Positions 35,727 through 47,906 of a stretch of 64,000 bases of DNA are shown in pieces. Within the stretch, counting starts at the first letter, position 1; each line of letters opens with the position of its first letter. The translations under genes and the position numbers were made by a program. The notes under the pieces are model-generated. The model did not search any database, was not told the DNA's origin, and saw nothing but the letters and a program-made list of their open reading frames with translations. Origin of the DNA: Podarcis tiliguerta (taxonomy: Eukaryota); NCBI GenBank assembly GCA_965153285.1, contig OZ229113.1. One strand, 5' to 3'.

Positions 35727-38700
35727 ATCAGAGTTGGTGGCAAGGGAATTTGGATTGGTTCAGAAAATAAACCACTTCTTTTTGCTTTGTTTTTTGTAAA
35801 AAATATTTCATTCGTTTTCAAGGTGATCTGATTTGAACTAGGAGGAACTTATCCATCACTACTTCTACAACACTCCATGTTTTGAAACTTCAGCATACTT
35901 TTTCCTGCTACATAGAGATTAACCACTGGAAAACTGCATAAAAACAGAACATATGAAGTGATTCTAGTGTGGAAGGCTAGATGGCTACAAGTAGCTAACA
36001 CATGCTTAAGTACAAAAAGAGTATGCCTTTAGCTGACAGGTGGGCAGAATGGAGAGAAAGAAAATTCTGTTGGCTTCAGAACAGCTTTAATATGTTGGAT
36101 ATATCCTATATTACTATGCTTTTATTATTAAGCCCAATACGTGTTATGTGGGAGCTCATTGGTCAATGACACTAAGTAATCTTAACAGGTCTCCAGATTT
36201 ATAAATAACCCCCCCCCAAAAAAAAAACTAGTCTGCAAAAATAAAATTAGGGTAGAAAAAAATATATGGTAGTGCCTGCCTCTGCCAGAGCACTTGGCTT
36301 CCATGCTGGATATGTAGGAAGAGGCTTCACCTTTCTTGCAACCACACCACTCACCTTGCACCTATGGAAATGAGACAGGTAACTGAAAAGAAGGCTGCTA
36401 TAAAAACATAAAAACCACACACACACACACACCTTCAAGTTTTATCTTTTAATATGTACCTGAAGAGAGTTGTTCAATCACAATATATGGTTTTGCAACT
36501 GGTGACAGTTTCATAAAACACTGTTGTTCAAGTCTGGTCTATTAGTTATTTCTTCCTTTTCTTATACTAAATGCTTGAACTGCTACTGCTTGATGAATCA
36601 CCGAAGAAAATGGGATCTGACAAACAGCTCTTCTCTCAGCAGCTGGCCACAGTGACAGCATCAATAGCAAAACACATCATTGGTTCTAAAACGCCACATT
36701 TTCCCCGTTTACACTGAATAAGACATGAAACTCCTTAAGGAAAGCAGCACTATGTTATCATTAAGGCCTGTTGACACTGCAAACAGGGTGCTTAGAACTC
36801 AATTCTGTCATCACTCTTAATCTGCAACTAATAGCATTGCACTCCAAAGAGGGAAGGGCTGCCTGAGTGATGACAACAGAGCCAGTGATAAAGTATTGCA
36901 CCCTTTAGAAACTCATTTACAGATTGGTTTCATTACCATCCACAACTGGTTTCCATGAGGGAGAATTCCCACTCTCATTAGAGTCATGTGGTATCTTTTG
37001 GTGACATGATTTCCATGCAAATAGGATGGTGCAGAAATGAATGACATGGAAATTCTATTTTCTTAATGACCATAATCTCTAATATGATTGGTTATTCTAT
37101 TTTTCTTCTTTGATGTAGTATATATGCAATCATACAATCTGTTGATTATTCCCAGATTTCACCACATTTTAATGTTGGTATTTGCAGAAGGAGATACAGT
37201 GGGGAAAGAAGGCACTGTGCAGATCTATCAAAATACATTTATTGTGTAGAATACACAATTCTTCTAAAACAGGATGTTTGTTAGTATAAAGAAGGTATTT
37301 TTGTATATTCTATGAAATATTACTCCAGTATGATTAGATCATTGTTCTCTATATGCAGGGTTAAATATTTAACAAAATACTGAGAGAACCCACCCCCCCT
37401 GCATGATCTTTAAAAATTATTGTGCAATGGCCCCTCCCACAGTAGTGATCCTCTGAACTATGACACACATGTGTATTTGTATGAGAATCAATGAGTGAAT
37501 GGCTGAAGAACAAATCAATTCAAAAGACGACAACACAGTACTTACAGTACATTGTTTCCAGAATGGGTAGCAAAAAGATATTGCATTTATTTTAATCAAG
37601 TCATACTGTTTGAAAGCTGAATTGCAAACCTTTGTCTTCACTTGCTGCTATTAACACTTAACATGTTAAGTATACATGGAAAACATCGTTATGTACCTCT
37701 TAAAACTGGAATGTGTGAATCATCCTTACTGTAAGCAGATTATAATTATAGTCAACTACAGTTATAGAGAAGAGTGGGATCATAAAAGCAGAGAGCAGAA
37801 TATGACATGAAGGTCAGTCGAACCAATTTGTACTAAGGCCACCTTTTTGTCATCTTCCTTATTATGTTTTCACCCAAATTTTGTTCAAGCAGCCTTTATG
37901 CTCTGTCATGGAAGAGTCATACGCTGCAGTCTCCATTATAGAACACACACAAAAGCAGGTAAAGAGATTCAAATAGGTATTTTTGGCTAAATCCTATTTC
38001 CTCACAGTTAACCTTGATGTCCCAACAGCCTTATAGATGGAAATTCTTCCTCAATTATGTTCCAGAAGTCACAGGTAAGTATCCCTACCCATCTTGAAAT
38101 GATTCTACTGAGACTAGGGGAAAGGCGTTCTCTGCTTTTCTTCTCCCTTCCTCCCAGTTGGCAATATTTCTAATAGGTAGGATACCACTTGAGAGTTGTA
38201 GGGGGTTGGATTTTGAAGGTGAGCCTCTACATCATGAGATGAACGTCCCCTGTTCCCAGTACTTTTGCCCTTATAAGCATGTATGGCTTTTTCACAACTG
38301 TCAGAGTTCAATAGGGACAGGCAGGCAGAGAGGGGTTGAGCTTTTGAGTTTGCCTTGAAATTTACCACCCTATAGCTGAAGGTGGGAGATGAGCTATGCC
38401 TATCCTCTGTACATGAAACGCCTAGGGCAGAGAGGCATCTCTCTTTGCTCTGTGCCACTGTTCCTCTTTCCATTTCATTTGTCCTGCTCTGCTTCCATGC
38501 TCCGTTTCTCCATCAAGCTCCTCTCTCTTCTGCCTCTTCATGTCTGCCTTTTTCTCACTGTTCTTCTTCCACTTGCCATCACTCTCTCTCCTGCCCTAAC
38601 TAGCCGAGGCTCATTTCACCTTTTGAGCTGGAAGATGAAGAAGCAGTAGTGATAGGCTAACATGACATCATCCCACAGTAGCATCACTTGCTGCCATCCC

Positions 38701-40539
38701 AATGTGGGTATCAGTAGAGCTGCAGGATAGGTCCATGGCACAATCCCTAACAAATCCTCTTATACTCCTATAGTGCTGCTGAGCAACAGAAACGTTTTCT
38801 CTTCCTCTTTTCCCAAGTCAATCTAGGGTGGTGAAAGAAAAACAAATCCTATCCAACTACTGTGTGGAAAGCACACGAGTGTCATAACTCTACCAAAAAA
38901 AAGTCATTTGAAGAAAAAAGGGTATGGCGGAGGAAAGCTCATATAATACATGACTAGCAAAGGAAGTAGTTGTCAAAGGCACAACTCCAAAACATACAGA
39001 AAACAACCAAAAGAGCAACAACCTTATCTTGTGAGTCTAATCTATAATGTCTTAAAGTTGATGATGTGAGCAATTTCAAGGAAAAGTTTTATTATAAAAT
39101 TAAAACAATGTTCCAGCTAAACTAAAACACATGTCACTTTAGAATTGCCCTTTCTAAACTGCACAATTTTCAAATGTTTCTGCACCAGGCACTTTTCAGT
39201 TATGCAGCAAAACAGATGGATGCAAAAGCTTGTCCCCTCCCCTTGAGAAATAGAACTGCTATTTTAAGAGACAAATACATGCTATAGGCAAATTCATGCT
39301 GTACTTCAGACCTTTTTTAAAGTGGCCTCTCTGTGGTCTCAGAAAATGACTTAGGCTCTAGAAAAGGGGAGATTTGACTTGTCCATCTCTATTTTTGTAC
39401 GGGGAGGCTTGGTTCTGCTGAAATCCATAAGTCACAACCAGTCTAAACATAGCCTATTTGTAGTGGTTGGGGGGGGACGGACATTTCACTCCCCAGTTTC
39501 TCTCTACCATGAGACAAGTAAGATTATCTCAGAATCTGAACTAACTTATTTCTGTCTCCTTTTCTTATTTCCATGACTCTCATAAGATGGGGGAAGCTAC
39601 CTTGCATGTAAACTCCCCACAACCGCCCCAAACTTTCAGGATTATTCACTTTCCTTGTAGTGAAGTTGGGTCTCTAACAGTCCAGGTCCAGAATTCCCTA
39701 TTAGGTGACTTCATTTCTAGTCACTCCCCTCTGCCTACAGGACAGTGACACAGTGTATGGCCCAGAAAAAGTGTGAATTGGGTTAGTTTCTGTAATATAT
39801 TAAAAATCCTTCCTATTCTGTATGTTTCTGCAGTGGTGTTTCAACACACAAAGCTATTTTGTTGCTGCTAAGTCAATTTATATTTGCATGTTATTTACCT
39901 TTAAACCATTTATTCTTTTATATATCACTATCACAGTTGCTACAACGGTGGCTATTGGCAGTTCTTTGGAACAAGTCCACTAATATTTCTTCCTTATTTC
40001 CCAGTGTTGAGTTCCACGAAGAAAGCCAAATATTCAAAAGCAATGCTGATTTCTGTGCATGCAGTTGTCTACAGTAAAGATTCCAGAGAGCATTGCTAAT
40101 TCCCCAAATGAGTGTTTTCAGATAATGCACATGAAATATGCATGTCCATGGGCATATGTACAGAGACACAGTAACAGACCTGGTAACAGAAAGGCATCAG
40201 AAAGGTAACCAAAAGAGTTTGCCAGGGCCTTGCCCTGACACCAAGTAAATTTGTGGGAAGGGGGTAGAGTGGTGAAACACAAAATAAGCACTGACTGATA
40301 GAAGACGAACAGCAAACCCCAAAGTAAACCAGACCTGAACTGAGTGGGGAAGACTTCTCAAACTGGAAGAGTTCATATTTGGGGGGTGGAGCTCAAATTA
40401 CCCCCCCCCCCCATTATTCTTGGAAAAATTGAAATGGAAGGTTGGGGGAAAGATTATCAAATTACTGTAAGAAAACTATTATTGTAAGCACAAAGTACAA
40501 TAGCTTTCAGCCTATACTTTTAATGAGACTAACTGGGAG

Positions 40540-40997
40540 TAGGGATGGGCAAAACAGCCTAAATTCAATCTGTTTCCAGCTTCACTGGTGCTCAAATATT
40601 GAAACTGATGGTCATGTAGACTTTCCAAAGAACGCATGGAAAATGTACATTTTGCACACATCTTGCACGTACCAGTTCTATAAAATGAACACTTTTTTCT
40701 TTTTTTATTGGGTTTTTGCAAGTGAACAATATCACATTTTATCCCTTACAAACAATATAACATACATGTTCTATGCATTTCCCTCTAAAATACATGATTT
40801 ATATGTATTTCTTTTGATGTAAAATATGTATTTTGTGTGCTTTTTAGTCCTTTTGGAACTAAAACTACATTGCAAAATCTGGAGAAGTGTGTAAACTGAC
40901 TGTTATTTGTGTTCTGATTCATAAGTAAGCTTGTGAGCGGTGAACTGGGCAAGTCCATTGTGAAAAGTGGACCAAATTGATTTCTTCCTCATAACTA
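40540..40997. mobile_element. hAT-type non-autonomous element
   Basis: Ends TAGGGATGGG ... CCTCATAACTA (degenerate TIR). 8-bp flanks ACTGGGAG (40532-40539) and ACTAGGAG (40998-41005), 7/8 identical. Confidence 0.7.
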
Positions 40998-41379
40998 ACT
41001 AGGAGTTGAAGCATCTACCCATTCTTGATACACTGTCTGATGCGTAAAACAAATAAAAAATTAGCCAAGCAATCAGCAGATAGACAGTGTGTGTGAATCT
41101 GTAAAGTAAGTAACACATTTCAAAACCTTTTTAGAGTGTTGCTACTTGTGAACAGGCTGTAATAATGCATTTCTTAAAATAGCTTTTTAGCCACTGAATG
41201 TTGCTTAATTATCTGAAAAATGCAGCAGAACCTTTCCTGTGCCCCTTTCCCCCCCTTCAGCACACATTCAGCAATTCACCTTCACAGTTATTTATTACAC
41301 TTCTTACTAAAGTGAAAGTATAATTTATACGCAAAGGAAAAAATAATATTCTCAGAACTGTGCTGTATCTAGCAGCCTA

Positions 41380-41800
41380 GAAATATATGAAGAGGTAATA
41401 CACAAAGATGTATTGGCAGAATGGCAAGTAGTTAGAAATAATATTCCAAAGATAATATGGCAATAGTTGAGGACAACCATAATAGCTGAGGAACACCATA
41501 ATCCACATTATAGAAAAAGGCTGACGTAAGAGGCTTCCTGAACATTAAATAAGTGTGCTTCATTTTTCTTAACAATCTATAGTGTGAATGGCCATTCTTA
41601 GATCTCATATGTTCAATAGCAAGACAACATATAATGGTTGAGGAAGAAGTCCTTGCCAATAATCCACATAATATAAACTCCCAAGTATGGATTTCATGGG
41701 CTCATTACAGTCCTTCAGTCATTCCACATAATTGAAGGATTTGTCTTAAGGAAAATTGGTAATATGCCACTGGAAGATGGTCTCTGGTCAATAATCTGTA
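41380..41800 (+). mobile_element. Possible decayed L1 ORF2 C-terminal fragment
   Basis: A-rich with stops. The translation includes ..VW..W......CLKENW*Y..GRW, resembling the squamate L1 'LKENWYK..YRW' motif. Confidence 0.4.
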
Positions 41801-42142
41801 TCCTGCTGAAGATGTTTCCTGAGCAAGAAGGATTGCAAGCGTCATATATTATACCCTATATATAAATGAGTAACCCACAGTATATATTTTCTAGATAACC
41901 TCTCCCAGTTTTCTTTAAAATCTTAAAATGTATGGTGATTACACTTTATGTGAGATTGTATACTGTGAAGTGAGAAATACATGCTGTGAAGATAATATTT
42001 ATGAGCAATATAAAGAGGGAGATTTCAGCATATAAAGCGATAAGATGGCCAATCATATTGTGACATATTGTGAAAGCAGTAACAACCTTTCTTAGGCCCA
42101 TTTAGGGGGAAATGTTCGTCATTTCCTTTTTCTAAACAACAA

Positions 42143-42480
42143 AATATGATAGCCATCTTCAAATATCTCAAGGGTTGTCATGTGGAAGAGGGAACAAGTT
42201 TGCTTTTTCCTGCTCTGGAGGGTAGGTCTCGAACCAATGGCTTCAAGTTACAAGAAAGGAGATTCTGACTAAAGATCAGAAAAAACTTTATGATAGTAAG
42301 GCTGTTCTACAGTGGAATGGTCCCCCTCAGGCGGTTGTGGACTATCCTTCCTTGAAAGTCTCTAAGCAGAGGTTGGATGCCCATCTGTCATGGATGCTTT
42401 AGTTGAGATTCCTGCATTGAAGGGGGTTGGACTAGATGACCCCTGGGGTCCTTTCCAACTCCACAATTCTATTACTCTAA
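42143..42480 (+). mobile_element. CR1 LINE 3' fragment
   Basis: MIAIFKYLKGCH.EEG..., R.NGFKLQERRF, and GGGGGTTGGACTAGATGACC...GGTCCTTTCCAACTC followed by an ATTCT-type tail. Confidence 0.92.
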
Positions 42481-45078
42481 CTTACCTTATGCCATATAAA
42501 TATATAAATGGTTTTAACTCTTGGCCTCAAAGCTGTATGTATCTCTGAATAAGACAGCAAAGTCATGCAGTACAAATAATCTGTTCAGTGCTTTAATGTG
42601 TGCATAGTTATGTTGACTTTTTAATAGCCTTCCAAACAGTGTTCTTCCCCAAGACAGATATTCAATATTTAGAGTTGCTTTTCCTCCCAAGTGATTCTGA
42701 CTGTTGCCTTTTTCTTTTACTGTTCCCCTCTTGTATTTCACAGTGCATAAGTGTTAATGAGAAGGGCGGTGGGAATATGTGTTTTGTTTACTGTTAAGTA
42801 CTGTATTCCAAACCAAACAATCTAAGCCAATTGCTGCTTCAAGTAGGCCAGCTCCAGAAGTAACAAAATCAGCTAAATAAAGTCAGTAACTTTAGTAAGG
42901 AGGGTTATTATCTGGTAGTACAACTAGAGGATCTTACTCCACACGGTATTAGGCTAGTGAAACAGCCAGCCTTATATCTGCTGCATGGTGCCACTTCTGT
43001 AATGGCCAGAGAGGGCACTAAAACTTTATGAGCCAACAAGACTAGGATACCTGAGGAACTAACTGGTGCCTCACTGCAACATGTTATTTACAGACAATCT
43101 AATAAATAATAAAACCAGATTTAAAAACAGTAATTAAACTTTCAATAAAACAACCAGAAGAACCATACAGGTATCATAAAGTTCCCAGTAATATATATAT
43201 GGGCTGGAATTATCTTGTAGATTATTACATGAATAAATGATTAAAAAACTCAATTTCTCCACAAAAAATTATACAACTTTTTTACCATATTTGTAGCTTG
43301 ACTATACATACAGTACTGTATTCTTCCATAGTCAGTATTCTTCCACTTATGACAAAGGACTATTCTAGCAGCAGTCAATAAATGGTAAATTAATTATCTG
43401 TTCACTGCTAATGCTATATCTTTAGTATAAACAAATTGTATAATTAAAGGGCCCATCACCTGTGTATGTCCGGTTATTATTTCAATTCCTTTTAATATAT
43501 TCAACCATAAATTTTGGATAAGTACATAAATCATGTTGTATCCTGGCACTTGTTCCACAAATCAAAGTGATCAGCACTCTATGGAGTCACCGACTCAGCA
43601 CCCAGAAAAGGCCTGAACTGGCACCTGCAGCGACCCAACTTTGAGGTTACAATTGAAATAAAAGTCGCTATCTCTCATATAAAGAAAGTTATGTAGCAAA
43701 GTGTACAGGTAAGCTTCTAAGCGGTTTCTGTGAAAAGAGCCAGCCTGGTTCCTTCCACCTGTCGGTGTTTTTACTCAATGAGTGATGTCAGAGCTGTGAT
43801 TGATAAGTGAGCTGCTTGGACACCAAGCAATAGGAATCCTGGAGTCCTAAAGAGCTATTGTTTTCCCCTCCCCTTTAGGGCACTTTTCCTTCTTTTATGT
43901 TATTTTCCAGTCCTCATAATTTTCATAGTTTGCCCTTACCAACCATCTTTCCTGTGGTGGGTTCATCTGCGGTCAGTTCCTTGCAGCTTTTTTTCTGCAA
44001 ATACTATTACATAGTAAGTGTGTGTGATCAAAGATCCCCCCCTCCATGCAAAACACAAACATGGAAACTTTGCGAAGTGGCTGAGGCATGTCCCCTGCTG
44101 TGCAGAAGGTAAAGAGTTGGCATGGGAGGGAAAGCAGGGCTGTTGTTCCTTTAGCAGCTGTATAACAGGCTGAAACTCAACAAGTTAATCTTTTTCTAGC
44201 ATAGAAAAGCTTTACCATTACTATACTCTATTTTGTGTTATGCCATTCTCTCAAGGCAGCCATTTCCATTATGAATAAGATTTGAACAACTGGTAGGTCT
44301 TTTTTTCAGATTTTCTAGCATAATTTTAATGGAAATGACCTGTTTCAAACTTTGTATTGTTAATGGTACGGCCTTACCACTATACATAATGAGCTGACCA
44401 AGTGAGCACAGAGATGTGCCATACAATCCATCAGAAACTGTATGCACGTGCTGGTCTGCTTGTGTGATACATATGGGTACTACCACTGTTCCAGTGAAGT
44501 ATTTTACACTGAAAGCAGGTGCCAAGTGGAGTGACCAAAGCAGGCACTGGAGGACAGAGCTGTGTGTGACATGCAGCTTGAGATATGTCCCTTAAGCTAG
44601 CCTGTTGCACTCAGATGATGTGGAGGATGATAACCCCACACCGCTTCTGAATATGGAAAGGTGAAATGGGGGTAGCGGGCAGCATCTTGTCATTTGCCTC
44701 CCTGACCACCTCAAACAGCAAAATGTTGGGGCTAGCCTTGTTATACATTAATGGCTGGCTAGCTGTCAAACTATAATGCATCTCAAGCAGTTCAGCATTT
44801 ATAGTTTTTACTTCTTAAGACTCTTTTTCAGATTTTTGTACTTAATGTTTTGCTAAATATTGTATTTCATGTAAGTGAAGTGGTCAGCTGACATACAGGG
44901 GGGGAAATCTGACAGAGAGTAATAGAAATAGTGTAGATGATGTTGTTCAATGTTGTCCTGCTTGTGAAAACTGGCCATCTGCATTTTTATTTGTAGACTT
45001 ATTTGGTTGCTATAGTATATTATGCAAATGTAAGGTGCAAAAGAGAAAAGTTTAAATCCTCCCTCTAACACCCAAGAA

Positions 45079-45096
45079 TCTCTCTCTCTCTGTGTG

Positions 45097-45129
<33 letters not shown>
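45079..45129. repeat. Compound microsatellite (TC)(TG)(TA)(TG)
   Basis: Directly visible. Confidence 0.9.
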
Positions 45130-46922
45130 AATGAATAATACGTTCCAGATGTGGCCTTGAACGTTCTTGAGATACACAGTAAGAGGTGCATCCAAATAAC
45201 AGAATTATGATAATAAAATTTGATTATAATGGAGAAAATAAGCAGAATAATACTCAAAACTCAATTACCCTGGCCATTTTAACTGGGAGCTGCTGACTTC
45301 TGTTCCCCTAAGCCCATCGAAAATGAATTTAACATAGTAAGCTCCACTTATCAGTTGACTATAGTGGTTTCCATGTTTCCTTTTCAAGTATTTTCCTTTC
45401 TTAAAAGCACACTGCTCTTTATATTATTTTGTTCCTTTTCAAAATGAACTGAAACTTTAGCTGAGTATTATGCAAACCTGGGCCCTGTTATCTTACCTAA
45501 AAAAGATCATAGGACAGCCAAATCAATTGAAGGTGAGGTACATGTGTCAAGCTATTGATGACTTCGCATTTTAGTATTTGCTCTTATTTTACATATATGA
45601 AAACATACAAGCACAAGCCTATCCATATGGGTTTACTCAGCAGCAGGCTCTGGATAGTGTCAGAGGATTTCAGGCACATGCTTTTTTTCAAGCAAGTTAC
45701 ATTTGTTTTCTTTTTCTTTTTTTATCCTTTTCTTTTTATTTCATTACATCCACAAGACGAGGTGGAGGAAAACTAAAAGGTTCAGTCACTTACATTCCTT
45801 TAAGCCAGAGACAGACAAAATTATATAGAATGGCAAGTTATCTTCTCCTTCCTCTTCTGTTTTATTCTTAAGAATTTTCTTTTGTTCTCAATGCAAATGG
45901 TCATTGGTTCATCTTTTCTCACCCAGGACAGTTATGTCACATCACTTGACTAATATGCATGCATTTGCCACTAAAAGACATTTTAACTGAGAGCTGTCAC
46001 ATCCGTCATCTCCACTCGGGCTGGTTAAAATTTTTATCTGCCGTCTTGAATTAATTTCAACTCGCCTGAGCGCAGCAGGGGACTTTAGAGTGGTTTAGTT
46101 AAATTCTTCATTTTAGAAGAGCATTATAGTAAGTCTTCCTATTTACATTTTTTTCCATCTTACTGCCTTTAATTTTTGCACATTATTGAAACAATGAGGT
46201 AATTATACATCCACTGCAGTGGAAAAAATGGAAGGGAGTGAGAAAGCCTCAATTTTGACATTTTATCCAAGATGCACGCTTTCCTTTCCTTCTTCCTTGC
46301 TTAATATGCTTCCCAGCTAGTTTGCAAATCAGCTCTGCCCCTGGTTAAACGTATCAGACTAATAAAAAATACAGAAAATGTAAACTGAGAATTAGAAAGG
46401 GCACTGGCAGTCAAAATAGAGAGGTCAGGAAGGGGGAAGGAGAAAATGAAATGAAAACCAGTCACCAACATGTTTTGTATAGATTGCCTTTGCAACACTA
46501 CTGAGTGTAAGCAAGCCTATAATCTTTATAATACTTTTTATAGTGTTTTTTATGTAGTATGTGCATGTTTGTGTAGTATATACACCAGAATATAATATAG
46601 TTTGGATATTGTAGGTTAACAAGAAAGATCAAGCTATGCATTGGATGGCAGGGATGTTTAGAATGACTGGTGGCTGGTTAAAAAAATATAAATATTCTGG
46701 AAAGGTACATAAGTTAGTATTAACCTGTGGGAATATATGCACACTCAGTGACTGCTATTGGACTCTCGATAAAATTATTGTTTTACAGCTGGAAGGTGGT
46801 GAAAACATCTCTGTGTATTCTCAGCACGTTGATATCCTCAGCAACTGCAGAGAAGCTAATCCCCAAAGGCACTTTAGCTAATCTATACTAAATACTACTA
46901 TCTGCACAAAAGGTTTGCAAGA

Positions 46923-46961
46923 CGGTACACTTGTACCGGTACACTTGTACGGTACACTTGT
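46923..46961. repeat. Tandem repeat CGGTACACTTGTA x3
   Basis: Three near-exact 13-14 bp units. Confidence 0.9.
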
Positions 46962-47815
46962 GTTTCAAACATCTGATATATGCATTTTGCTTCCAGGGTC
47001 CTAAAAAAGTAAATAAACAGGTGCAAGGTTTTGGTGTAACCCCATAACTGAAATGATAAAAGCACGATTCTGACAATAGATTAAACTTATATTGCAATGC
47101 CATGTCCAGATAAAGTTAATTATAAGACATAATAATTGCCTCTTTGGACATTTATTTTTGCAGTAGAATGTGAGATAATGTGAGATATGGCATGATGTAA
47201 GAAAGCAAGAAAGTGAAATAATGTTTATAAAACTTAAAACATAATCAGTCCAGACATCTGAAATGCTTAAAGGTATTTCATATCCTCATCTCAATAATTA
47301 AGTATGTTGCTGACAGAAAATTAGTCATACAATAACCTGTGAATGCATTTTTTCTGTCTTCGCTTGTAACTCCAAAAAGTTCAAGATTATTCATTTGTTC
47401 AAGACTATTCATTTGCTCAACTAGTGTGGGGTAGGAAAATGCTGACAGCTGTGCAAGAATCTGCTTCTCTCCATTTCTAACATCTTCAGCATCAATAACG
47501 ACTTTTTTAAAATCATAGAGCAGATTAAGCTATTTACAGTACAGCATAGTGTCAATATACATATTAGGCAAAATCTGTAGCTTGGAAGAACACCAGGGGT
47601 TTTTCTTTCTCTTACTACAGGCATGCAAGGGTGTTTACTCTTCCCTCCCTAACCACAATTCTAATTAATATTCCCACACATTGCAATTATCTTTGAGTAG
47701 GGTGAACATTCCATTGTTGGCTACATGATCCTCCTTTACACGTCCTCATCCCACCTCATCTCAGCTTCAACAGTGGTGTAACAACAGAATTGACCATTAT
47801 GCTTGAAAGAAGGAA

Positions 47816-47906
47816 CTCTGGATGAATGTCAGTTTACTAGCCAACATTTTAAACCAAGATCAGCCCATGGTTTAATATTCTGGTTAGTAAACTGACATTG
47901 CCAGAG
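47816..47906. repeat. Long imperfect inverted repeat / hairpin
   Basis: AATGTCAGTTTACTAGCCA (47825-47843) pairs with TGGTTAGTAAACTGACATT (47881-47899). Inner TTAAACCA/TGGTTTAA and outer CTCTGG/CCAGAG also pair. Confidence 0.85.

Noticed and set aside
43004-43020. CTCF-like TGGCCAGAGAGGGCACTA
   Set aside because: One base short in the core spacing relative to the consensus.
43630-43650. GCGACCCA resembling the miR-551 5' end
   Set aside because: Only 8 nt match and no hairpin.
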